In this document: positions 13,696-24,599 of the stretch, piece by piece
Layout of the letters: every line of letters begins with the position of its first letter
Position numbering within the stretch: position 1 is the stretch's first letter
Origin: Mobula hypostoma
Taxonomy: Eukaryota
Direction: 5' to 3'
Length of the DNA: 64,000 nt
NCBI RefSeq assembly: GCF_963921235.1
Contig: NC_086097.1
Coordinates: forward strand, 32,614,001 to 32,678,000
Made by a program: the position numbers and the translations under genes
Notes under the pieces: model-generated
What the model was told of the DNA's origin: nothing
Seen by the model: only the letters and a program-made list of their open reading frames with translations
Database searches by the model: none

Positions 13696-14887
13696 CAGCT
13701 GGGTCCCCAACCCGTTTTGCACCGCGGACTGGTTTATTATTGACAATATTCTTGCGGACCGGCCGACCCGGGAGTGGGGGGGGTACGGTTGCCAACGGAC
13801 AAGAGTAGCAGTCAAATACGTTGTGTTTACCCCAAGAAAGATTACCATGACCATGAAGTCTTGCGCAGGCACCTGTACGCATGCGCGTATGTGCCAATTT
13901 TTTTCTACAGATCGTTTTTGGCGATTCTGTTGGGGGAGGGGGTGTTAATCATGACCGGAATATAGGTGATAAGTGGCTAATACACTCAATTTTGTTTCTA
14001 AAAGGGTTTGTCAAATGAATTTAATATTAAACACACAGCACATTATTTTCTTCCCATGAATATAGTGATAAGTCAATTATCAGGGGAGGACAGGGGAGCT
14101 TGAAGTAAGTGTTGAACGAACTTCCAGTAGAAGTGGTAGAGGCAGGTTCGATATTGTCATTTAAAGAAAAAAATTGGATAGGTATATGGATAGGAAAGGA
14201 ATGGAGGGTTATGGGCTGAGTGCAGGTCGGTGGGACTAGGTGAGACTAGCGTTCGGCACGGACTAGAAAGGCAGAGATGGTCTGTTTCCGTGCTGTAATT
14301 GTTATATGGTTATATAAGTCACTTATAAGTCAATAGCATCATAACATTTTAAGTAACATTTGGATATTAAACACACAGCACATATTTTCCCTGTATGAAC
14401 ATATAAAATCATTGCAACACACCAATATCGCTGGATCAGTGGGAGTCCCGGGTTTGTTTCCCTGCAACAAAACGGTGCCATTGAAGGGTGATGGGAGACA
14501 GCAATACTTGAAGGGGGTTCCTTGTGTCCAGTCTATTCCACAATTTAGTTTTCGTTGCATTCATTGCAGTGATATGTTGGAAATGGAAGCACCATTTTCA
14601 GTGCTTTCATGGCTGTCTCAGTATATTTAGCCTTGACTTTGATCCGGAATGCCAGCAGAGATGTTATGTCAAACGTACTTTTCAGCCCGCCATCATTTGC
14701 AAGCTCAAGGAGTTGATCTCCTTCCCGCGCTGACATGGATGACGCGCGGGTAATGACCTCGCATGCGTAATGACCTCGTGTGCGTTCAAGCTCAACAGTG
14801 GGCGTGACAGGGAACGAGGAAAGGTGCAGCTGACTCAAATCGCCAAATCATATCGTTTCCTCGCGGCCCGGTGGTTGGGGACTGCTG
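13696..14887 (-). mobile_element. Non-autonomous hAT (Charlie-like) element carrying a CR1 3' fragment
   Basis: Imperfect TIRs cagctgggtccccaacc / ggttggggactgctg. Minus-strand transposase C-terminal remnant DQLLELANDGGLKS...KALKMVLPFPT. CR1 3' piece at ~14100-14315. Confidence 0.8.
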
Positions 14888-14889
14888 GA

Positions 14890-15692
14890 CTAAGGAATGG
14901 CAAATGGGAGTTTAATTCTGTTAAATATTTGGTGTTGCATTTTGGGAAGACAAATGAGAACAAGACTTCACAGTGAATGGTAGGGCCCTGGAATGTCTTG
15001 TAGAACAGATCGACCTAAGAGTAGAAGTACATGATTCACTGGAAGTGATATCGCAGGTAGACTGGCTGGCAAGGAAGGCTTTTTGCGTGCTGTATTCATC
15101 AAGCCTGCCTCCTGAATACAGTAGTTGAGATATAATATCACAGTTATAAAATATGCTGATGAGGCCGCATTTGGAATATTGGGTTCAAGCTTGGTCACCC
15201 TGTTATAGGACAGATGCCATTGTTGGAAAGAGCGCAGAGGAGATTCATGAGGTTATTGGTGGGACTTGAACTAAGTTATTGAGCAACTGAGCAGGTTGGG
15301 GCTTCTATCATTGAAATGTAGGAGAATACGGGATGATCTTAAAGAAGTGCACAAAATCACAAGGGTTATAGATATGGTTAATGTGTACAATCTTACTTCC
15401 TCAGGGTTGGGGAACCAAGAACTAGAGAGTACAGGTTTAAAGAGAAAGCGGAGAGGAACCTGAAGGGCAACTTTTTCATCCAGAGGATGGTGCATATATG
15501 GAATGAGTTGCCAGAGAAAGTGGCTGAGATAAGTACATTAATAACATTTTAAAAGGCACCTGGAAAGGTACATAAATAGGAAAGGTTTGGAGGAACATGG
15601 GTCAAATGGGACTAGCTTAGATGGGAATCTTGGTCAATATGAACAATTTAGTGAAGGGCTTGTTTCTGTGTTGTATGATTTATGACTATGAC
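14890..15692 (+). mobile_element. Degenerate CR1 3' fragment
   Basis: KWQMEFN/VLHFGKTN/RPHLEY remnants; tail ttatgactatga. Confidence 0.8.
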
Positions 15693-15921
15693 CATACAGC
15701 AGTATATTATCCACTTATATTCAATGTGCAGGATTGGGAAGCAGAGACAACAGTCAGCCTCTGCTGCACTTGGTTGGGCGGAGAGGGGATGGTGGTGAGG
15801 TGGTAGGAAACATTCAATATATTAAGCACTCAGCTGTTCAACTCTCAGACTTCAAACCTAGAACAAGCTGGGAGTTAAACAGGTTCACTGACAAAGACAA
15901 AATATCAAAATGATACTATAC

Positions 15922-16082
15922 CATCCTGGAGGAGGGCAGACTTGAATGGAGTGAGATTTTCTTTGCTGAACGCATTGATCATTTGGCTGGCCACAGACAA
16001 CCCGACTCCGTAGGTAATGTTTTCTACTGTCTCAACGGGAGATGGTGCAGTGGGCTCCCACAGCAATAGGTCATTGTTTATT
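15922..16082 (-). CDS. ATG2B: ATG2B internal coding exon (11th)
   Basis: ttactacag|AATAAAC...CAGGATG|gtatag. Encodes INNDLLLWEPTAPSPVETVENITYGVGLSVASQMINAFSKENLTPFKSALLQD. The WEPTAPSPVET...GLSVASQ motif is ATG2B-type rather than ATG2A-type. 161 nt, phase 2 to 1. Confidence 0.95.
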
Positions 16083-16779
16083 CTGTAGTAAGAGTAAAGA
16101 ACCACACGTTAACAATTACTTAATAGGAAAAAGCATACTTGAATTAATAAAATCCCTTACCTTAGCCACCTGACACGTAGGACTTTGTAGCCAAAGAAAG
16201 TGTACTTAGCTAACCTGTAACAGCTTCAATATTTCCGTAAGGTGGAATGGTAGCATAACAGTTAATTAAACAGTATTCTCAAATTCTCAAGATAACAGAC
16301 AAATTCCAAAGATAGTGGCACAGCCAGTCACAGCAGTCAATCTGGCTTCAACTAATGGTGTAATTATTCGTCCTTTATGTCCTTCTTATAATTGCCACAG
16401 GCCAGGTCATTGGGTGTATTTAAGGCAGAGGATGATAGGTTCTTGATTAGTCAGGACTTGAAAGGTTGTGGGGAGATGGCAAGAGAAAGGGGTTGAGAGG
16501 GAAAGTGGACCAGCCATGATTAAATGGCGGAGCAGACTCGGTGGGCCTAATTCTGTTGCTATTTCTTATGGTCCTATGATCACAAGATACTGCTGGATAT
16601 TAAGAACACCAACTACTGCAAGTCTACCTCACTGGCAAGTTGCTGGATAGCAGAGGAGCTGCACAGCATAGGTTTATTGCATACAGTGTCATTGCCTGCT
16701 ACAGCCACTCAGGGAAGAAAGGGTTGGAAGTGGTGCGTGAGGAAACAGAAGCACAGTGAGTGATCTGGCATTTGTGTGA

Positions 16780-19356
16780 GGCTAAAGGTGAAATCCTGCG
16801 GGCTGGCTCTCTCGTTGATTCACCTTTCAAACATTCAATTGCAAGAAAATAAACCATTTATTGGTGATTATATTCACAACTGAATCAGCGTGAGATGAAG
16901 GACTGCTGCGACTCATCATGATGGAAATATGGCTCCAGGATACCACTCCTGAAGCTGTCATCCAGCTAAAGTGCTTTATCTCTTTTTGGGCAGATAAAAA
17001 TCTCGTAGTCTCTGGTGAGGTGTGAACACTTCAGCAGAGACAACTCACTGTTGGGAGTTTTTAAAACAGTGAAGTGCAGGCTCTTCTACTTACTGAAGGA
17101 GTTTACTGCCATTGTGATCGTGGCTGTATACACCACCCACCCCACACCCCACCAAAGCTAATGTTAGGGAAGCACTGCATGAGCTCCAAGCCCCACACAC
17201 TGTGCGTCAACAACAGTGATGCCTCTCTTCTTGATAGGCTAAATGTCTTTTACACATGGTTTGATGCACAGAACAATATGCCTGCAAGAAAGTACCCCCT
17301 TCCCACTGGGGAGCTTGCATTCTGTCCGGACACAGCAAATGTGAGGAAGACCCTAGCCAAAGTCAACTCACATAAAGCTATGGGGCCTGATAATGTAACT
17401 GGTTGGGTGCTAAGGGATTGTGCCGCCCAGTTAACAGAGGTTCTAATAGACGTCTTCAACATCTCTCTGGAGCAGTCCACTGTTCCCACAAATTTCAAGG
17501 CAGCCACCATTATCTCGGTGCCCAAGAGGGCAACAGTAACCTACTTTAACAGCTACTGCCCAGAGGCACTAACCTCAACAGTAATGAAATGTTTTGAGTG
17601 GCTGGTATGGACCGCATTAAATACCATCTTCTTGCTAAATTGGAACCTTTCCAGTTGGTTTACTGCTCAAATCGGACCGCTGACAATGCTATAGCATGTG
17701 CTGTCCTGTCCCACCTGGAAAACGGCACCTCATATGTCAGGATGCAGTTTATTAACTTCAACTCGGCATTTAATATGATCATCCCTCAGAAACTGATGGG
17801 TAAACTGTCATCGTCGAGTCTCGAAACCTCTCTACAACTGGACCTAGGACTTCTTGACGGAAAGATAGTCAGTCCGTGTTGGCAGCAACATCTCTAGCTC
17901 CATCATGCTGAGCATTGGCACCCCCCAGTGCTGGGCTGTTCACTTTGCTGACGCATGACTGGACTGCTGGATCCAGCTCAAACTGAATCAAGTTCACTGA
18001 TGACACAACAGAGGTTAGCCTCATCAACAATGTCAACGAGAGGTAGAGCAGCTTGTAGCATAACAACTCGAGTCTTAATGTGGACAAAACTAAAGAGATG
18101 ATTGTGGACCTTAGGAAAGTGCAGGCTGACCACCTCACTGCACGTAAACAGCTCCTTCATGGAAAGAGATGCACCAGGTTTCTAGGACAGTACATAACAG
18201 ATGACCAACACCACCTCCTTAGTCAAGAAAGTACAGCAGCATCTCCACTTCTTGAGGAGATGGGCACGAGCTTCCTCCTCAACAACCCCCCCCCCCATTC
18301 TAACCAACTTTTACAGGAGCACCGTCAAGAATGTCCTGACTTGCTGCATCACTGTCTAGCATGGGAATTGCAAGGCATCTGACTGCAAAACCCTACAAAG
18401 GATTGTGAAGCCTGCTGAAAGGATCATTGGAGACCTTCTTCCACCGATCCAAGATATTTATCAGAACCGCTGTGTATACGGGGCCCTTAGTATTGTCAAG
18501 GATCCCCCCATCTGTCACACAGTCTCTTTGAACCCCTATCATCAGACAGGAGGTATAATAGCATTAGGACAAGGACTGTTAGGATGGGAAATAGCTTCTT
18601 CCCCCAGGCCGCAAGACAAATGAACTCTCTGACACCACCAAGTCTCATTGCTATGAAGTTCCAGGAACGTTATACTGTTTACTTTTTAACATGTGTCATA
18701 TGCTAAATGTCAATCTTCTGGGATATGTTTTATTATTTGTGAACTTATTTGTGGTAATATTAACTTATGTGTTGTATGTGAGTCATAGGTACTGGGCTGT
18801 GCACCTCGGTCTGGAGGTCTCCTCCTTCACATGTTCTACCAGTCTGTTGGCATCAGTACAATCTTCTACGCAGTGGTGTGCTGGGGCAATTGGCATCAAC
18901 ATAGGTTCATTAAACTGATTAGAAAGGCTGGCTCTGTTATAGGAGTCAAACTGGACACACTGGATGCTGTGGTAGAACAAAGGACCCTACGGAAAATCCT
19001 GGCAATTCTGGACAATGTTTCTCACCCTCGCATGTCACCTTGGCTGAACAGAGGAGCACTTTAAGTAACAGACTGAGACAACTGCGCTGCTCCAAAGAGC
19101 ACTATATAAGGTCATTCTTACCCTTGGCTATTAGACTCTATAATGAGTCAATCTATAGTCGGAGAAGTGACGACCCCACCCCCGTTAGACAGTTTGTAGT
19201 AACTTATCTTTATTCTTTTTTCTTCTCTTCTAATATTTTTATATCTGTGCACTTGAAACGCTACTGTGACACTATAATTTACTTTGGGATCAATAAAGTG
19301 TCTATATATCTATCTTTACATGTATATGGTTGAATGACAACGAACTTGAACTTGAA
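16780..19356 (+). mobile_element. Degenerate Rex1/Babar LINE with a second Rex 3' fragment (~18815-19320) nested in its 3' UTR
   Basis: KAMGPDNVTGWVLRDCAAQL, FNSAFNMIIP, KTKEMIVDLRK. Two 3' tails: aataaagtgtctatatatctatct and acttgaacttgaa. Confidence 0.85.
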
Positions 19357-19799
19357 GAGTAGGATGCAAGAAGAGGCATTGTTAGACTTCATTTTAAAAA
19401 TAAGGAATAAAATATATTAAAGGTAAATATGGCACAGTTGGATTATTGTAAATATCCAACTATACGAATTATTGGAAAAGGAAGCCTCAGGGAATGTTGT
19501 TTGCACATGATTCACAGTGAGACCAGGTGAATGGGAAGGTAGATGGGTGGGGGGGGGGAGATGAATTGAGATGCTAGAAGGTGGAAGAAGCAAAGGGCTG
19601 AAGAAGAAGCAATCTGATAGGAGAGGGAAGTGGACCTGTGGGAGAAAGGGAAGGCAGAGGGGTACCAGGAGGAGGTGACAGGCAGGTAAGGAGAGAAAGG
19701 GAAAGTAGGGAGCCTGAATGGGGAATGGAAAAAAAAGAGGGGAGGGAGAAATAACCAGAAGTTATGCTATGCTTATAGCAGTAATGACTTAAGACTTAC

Positions 19800-19942
19800 C
19801 TGTTATACACTTTCTCATAGAATGCCTTGTTTGGCAATGCAAGGTTGAGATTTGGTAATGTAAGCTCCAGTACATAATGGGAGGTGCTTATGGTTTTATC
19901 CTGGAACTGACCCATTTCCAGCTGATCCCCTGGCATCACCAT
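19800..19942 (-). CDS. ATG2B: ATG2B internal coding exon (10th; not in ORF track)
   Basis: ctctacag|ATGGTGATGCCA...TATAACAG|gtaagt. Encodes MVMPGDQLEMGQFQDKTISTSHYVLELTLPNLNLALPNKAFYEKVYN(R). 143 nt, phase 0 to 2. Confidence 0.95.
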
Positions 19943-20184
19943 CTGTAGAGAGCACAGAGATCAAGTAAGTCACACAGCATCATGGCAACAGGGAACTATA
20001 CCAGTTTTCAAGTTACAGATGATAGCTGCCTTGAGCAAGATGATGGCAAAAGTTTTGCCTATTTTCACATGTTACAAGTTTACAAGTATTGAGTTGATGC
20101 CACAATTTCTGTGCATAACAAATAAATTTGCCACACAATTAAAAATCTTACAGACACCTGTGACCTTATGCACAATCGCAGCTC

Positions 20185-20735
20185 TAAGGGCGGCAAGGTA
20201 GTGTAGAGGTCAACATAATACTTTACCGTGCCAGAGATCACTGATTGGGGTTCAGTTCACCTGGTCTCACTATCACCTTCTGCACCTTCTAACTTGTACT
20301 CCATTCCCTAACTCTGCCTTCTTATTCTGGCTTGTTTCCCCTTCCTTTCCAATCCTAATGAAGGGTCTTAGACCAAAGCGTCAACTCTTTATTCCTTTCC
20401 ATAGATGCTGCCAGAGTTGCTGAGTTCCTCCAGCATTTTGTGTGTATTACTGTGATTCAGTTTCGTTTTTGTCTATTGCCACTGTCTGTAAGAAGTTTGT
20501 ACATTCTCCCGTGACTGGATGAGTTTCCTCTGGATGGTCTGGTTTCCTCCCACATTCCAAACATATACAGGTTAGTGCTAGTGAGCTGTGGGCATGCCAT
20601 GTTGGCGCCAGATGTGTGGCGACACTTGCAGGCTGCCTAGCACAATCCTCACTGATCTGATTTGATGCAAAATACGCATTCCAATGGTATGTTTTGATGT
20701 AGCTGTGAAAAGTAAAGCTAATCTTTTTTCTATAT
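20185..20735 (+). mobile_element. tRNA-derived V-domain SINE split by a Penelope pseudo-LTR fragment (~20270-20460)
   Basis: tRNA-like head ggtagtgtag...ggggttcagttc; V-SINE core gtttcctctggatggtctggtttcctcccac. Insert contains the Penelope-type atagatgctgcc...ctgagttcctccagcattttgtgtg. Confidence 0.7.
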
Positions 20736-21267
20736 CTTTTTCTAATGTACCTACTCCGATGAAAGTCAACACCTAATTCGTTCATGTAGAAAGTATACAT
20801 GCAGGTAAATGTGGGTGTCAAGTCAAACTAGAATCTCTAGAAAGTATTGGGACCCAGAGGCAAAAGAAAATAAAATTTAAAAGTAATAGCGAGAATCCAC
20901 TGATAGACCGGATGGAACCCACTGCCTGTGCGCTGCTTCTGCCTGGAACATCAGGAGGACCCAGCAGCATCAAAGCGGCAGTCCGGGAACAGCGTTGAAA
21001 TCTGTGGTAAGATGCTGCACTTTAAATAACTTGAGAGACTGTTTCATGGAAAAGAGCACTGCTGTCACTGCGTGTTGGGTTAGCACTAGCTTCACGGCAC
21101 GGGTATCATCACGTGCAGGCGCTTCTGGGAAATGGCGCGAGATTTAAGAAGAGCTTGGGAATCTTTGGGAGGGGTCGCTCGGTTTGAAAACAACGTTTCT
21201 ATGAGGGAGCGGAAAGGTGCAGGTCGGAATCCATCTACAAAGTCTGCAGAGGTAGCCAGTTTTTCAC

Positions 21268-21405
21268 CTAATGACTTGTCTAATAACTAATGACTTGTCT
21301 AATGACTAGTGTCTTATGACTAATGACCAGTGTCTTATGACTAGTGTCTAATGACTAAAGACTAGTGACTATTGTCTAATGGCTAATGGTTGATGGAACT
21401 AATGG
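21268..21405. repeat. Imperfect short tandem array (gactagtgtctaat / taatgac units)
   Basis: Seen directly: taatgacttgtctaataactaatgacttgtctaatgactagtgtcttatgac... Confidence 0.8.
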
Positions 21406-22257
21406 AACTATCAAACTGCCGCACTTGCGAAAAATAAAAGGAGGAAAAAGAAAAAGTTGTTTGGTCATTGAGTGGAATCCAGTTAAAAATCCCTCAGGTA
21501 GACGCATTCAATCCCTTTCAAGTGGGGAAGCTGCACATGTTCAAAGAACAAAAGAAATCCGACTTGACAGTGGGAAAACAAAGAACTTCAGAACTACTGA
21601 GCCCTTCTGTACTTTCTTTATATTAAATCTGTCCTGCTATACCTGCCCTGATAAAGTCTGAAGACTGTGCAAATAGAAGGAACAAGGGCCGGTGAGTCGG
21701 CGAGCCTGAAGTTTGGGGTCCCATTATTGGCAAGTCCAGGCATCGATAGCAACAATCAAAGCCTGAAGGTCGAATGGAAACACAGAAATCAAAGCCTGAT
21801 GTCCGAAGCCATGAGACTGGAGACCCAGTAGCCTGTACTGGGGCTGGAGGACTGTCTGCATGGGTGGGAGGGAGGGAGGAAAGTGGGTTGTTTTGCTGTT
21901 GTTGTGACATGCTATGTGGCACCAGAATGGCCTCCAGCACACCCTTAGGTTGTGTTAGTTGTTAGTGCAAATTTCTCATTTCACTCTATGTTTTGATAAA
22001 TAAATAAATAAATAAATCTGAATCTGAGACAGCTTTACCCTGGAAACAATGAATATCAACTTGGATACCTGAAATAAAAAATCTCCTTTGCCTTGATAAA
22101 TAAAGAAATGAGAACCAACAGCGTCATCCATTATGATTTATCATGCAGAATAATAACATGGCAATAATGATATATAAACTGTTTCTTTCCTATGACTCTG
22201 GCAATTCAAAAATGAAATCTTAGCAATTTCTTTAATGTGTAAAAGAATTGATTTTAC

Positions 22258-22450
22258 CTCCTCGTTTTCATACATGACTCGGCGAGAGGAGAAAGGTGAG
22301 GGTTCATGCTTTCCCAAATCACAGACATCTTTTAGTGAATGGCCTCCACCTTCTTCATCCTCCAGTAAGTGACTTCCAGGCTCCTCATCTTCACTCGTTA
22401 CCCGTTCTAAGATGGAATGCACGGCTGTTGGATTCACCTTTAGCACAACC
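22258..22450 (-). CDS. ATG2B: ATG2B internal coding exon (9th)
   Basis: gtcccactag|G...GAGGAG|gtaaaa. Encodes VVLKVNPTAVHSILER...HSLKDVCDLGKHEPSPFSSRRVMYENEE. 193 nt, phase 2 to 0. Confidence 0.95.
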
Positions 22451-23459
22451 CTAGTGGGACAAAACCTCCTTGTAATCAGTACAAAGGGAACATAATCACA
22501 ATACCAGCTAAGCATGTAAGAAAGGATGCGCCAGCATCGGAGAAGGTCCAGAGGAGTTTCACTGGAACGATCTCAGGAATGGAAGGGTTAACGTATGCAG
22601 AGCATTTGATGGCTCTGGACCTTTACTCATGGTGTTGAGAAGAATTAGGTGGAAACTCATTGAAACCTATCAAAATTTGAAAGATCTAGAGTGGACATGG
22701 ACAGGATATTTCCTGGAGCAGACAGAGGTGGGAAGATATCTCTACACTCTGGAGCCTAGTTGGCACAGAGAGCTTGGAGTTCAACAACCTAAACAAATTC
22801 TGGAATTGCCCTCTCTCAATCTCTGTCTTGCCTTCTTCATAAGAAGCATATTAAAACCTACTTCCTTGCTCAGTCATTTGGTTTCTTGTCCTTATACCTT
22901 ACAAGGCTGAGAGTCAAACTTTGCCCAATTATGATCCTGTGAAGAGATGGAGGATGTTTGACTATATTAAAAGATACAAATCAAATGCAAGATACTGCCT
23001 CTGAAACAATAAGCCTTTTCATGATAGAAGATAAAAATCAAAATATAATCTTTCTAGATAGAAAAGTGAGATGAAGTAGCCTTGGGGAAAATAAGTGTGA
23101 AATATAAACAGTAGGATATAACAAGAGGACCGTATGATATGTAAATTTGATAACCAGCATCTCCATAGGTTACTTCACAATATTGTTTGGTTGAACACAG
23201 CTGAACTCTGCAATGTTTGCACACTTCCAAACATTTAATTTCCCCCAGGCTCTAAACACTTACAGCTTGTACACATTCCACAATTGACTGCGATCTAAAA
23301 CCAAATCACAGCTTTTTACTTCCTGGTGTTTTTTGTATCGCTGCAAAAACACAGGTTACACTAAGTTTAAGTTTGTAATTCAAAACTGTACACTTGAACC
23401 TTCCTATGTACTACAATTCAGACTGGGTGTTCAAGATTCGCACACCACATCATCAGGAA

Positions 23460-23752
23460 CTAGGCCGGTATGGTAGTGTAGGGGTTAGTGTATTACTTTA
23501 CAGCACAAGCAATTGGGATTCAATTCCTGGCACTGTCTGCGTGGAGATTGTTCGTTCTCACTGGGTTTCCTCAAGGTACTCCGGTTTCCTCTCTCATTCC
23601 AAAGATGTACGGGTTAGGCTTACTGAGTCGTGGGCATGCAATGCTGGCACCGGGCTGCCTCCAGCACATCTTCAGACCTTTTTGGTCATTAACGCAAGCA
23701 TGCATGTCACTGTATATTTTGATGTACGTGACAAATAAAACTTATCTTTAAT
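23460..23752 (+). mobile_element. V-domain tRNA SINE
   Basis: tggtagtgtaggggttag head, ggattcaattcc B-box, core gggtttcctcaaggtactccggtttcctc, aataaa tail. Confidence 0.75.
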
Positions 23753-23873
23753 CTGTTCTTTAAAATACCACACTGTTCACAAACTCGGTATATTCCAAAA
23801 TACCTTTCATCCCAATGAGAATGCTTGAAAAAAAAAGCATTTTTGTAATATACCCAAATATATTTACACGTAC

Positions 23874-23982
23874 CTTGGCCAATCAAACTTCCCACTGTCA
23901 GAGGTAGACATGTCTCCATCAGCACCATGTGAAACTTTAAGAAAGGTGAATGATGGAGTCCCCAGATCTTCCTGAAATTTAC
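23874..23982 (-). CDS. ATG2B: ATG2B internal coding exon (8th; coding frame not in ORF track)
   Basis: tttacattag|GTAAATTTCAG...TGGCCAAG|gtacgt. Encodes (G)KFQEDLGTPSFTFLKVSHGADGDMSTSDSGKFDWP(R). 109 nt, phase 1 to 2. Confidence 0.92.
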
Positions 23983-24049
23983 CTAATGTAAAGCAAACAC
24001 CAGTGAAAATATGACTCAGCTGGTCCACCACACTGTGGCTCCCTGGAGC

Positions 24050-24437
24050 ACAGGAGAGTGAGGGGAGATTTGATTGACGTATATAAAATTATTATCATGA
24101 GGGGTACAAAATGCAAACCAGCTTTTTCCACTAAAGTTGGATGAGACTAAAGTAAGAGTATTATGTTAAGGGTGAAAAGTGAAATAATTAAGGGGAACAT
24201 GACAGGCAGCCTCTTCACTCAGAGGATGGTTCAACTGTGGAACGAGCTGCCAGTAGAAGTGCTGGGTGCAGGTTCAATTGCGACATTTCAGAGAAGTTTG
24301 GATAAGTACATCAATAGGAAGGGTATGGAGGCTATAGTCCAGGGGCGGGTGGATGGTACTAGACAGGATAACAGCACGGCATAGACTAGATGGGCCGAAG
24401 GGCCTGTTCCTATGCTGTCGTGCTCTATGACTCTATA
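24050..24437 (+). mobile_element. CR1 3' fragment
   Basis: FTQRMVQLWNELP; tail ctctatgactctat. Confidence 0.8.
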
Positions 24438-24599
24438 AGTAGTGGACAGAGTTTACGGAGAAGCTGCAAACACCAGAAAATTTGACAAACTACCAGCTCA
24501 CCACAGTCAGATTTAAACTCACTGGGTGATGAGTCCAATAATCTCAGTACTGTCCCATCATACCCAAAGACAATCATTACTCTACAGTAATACAGATAG

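Noticed and set aside
15922..16082. Assignment to ATG2A or VPS13
   Set aside because: WEPTAPSPVET...GLSVASQ and HRSRRKKK match recalled ATG2B and not ATG2A; a protein database search would confirm.
21268..21405. Repeat array considered as CRISPR-like
   Set aside because: No unique spacers, irregular short units, eukaryotic intron, no cas genes.
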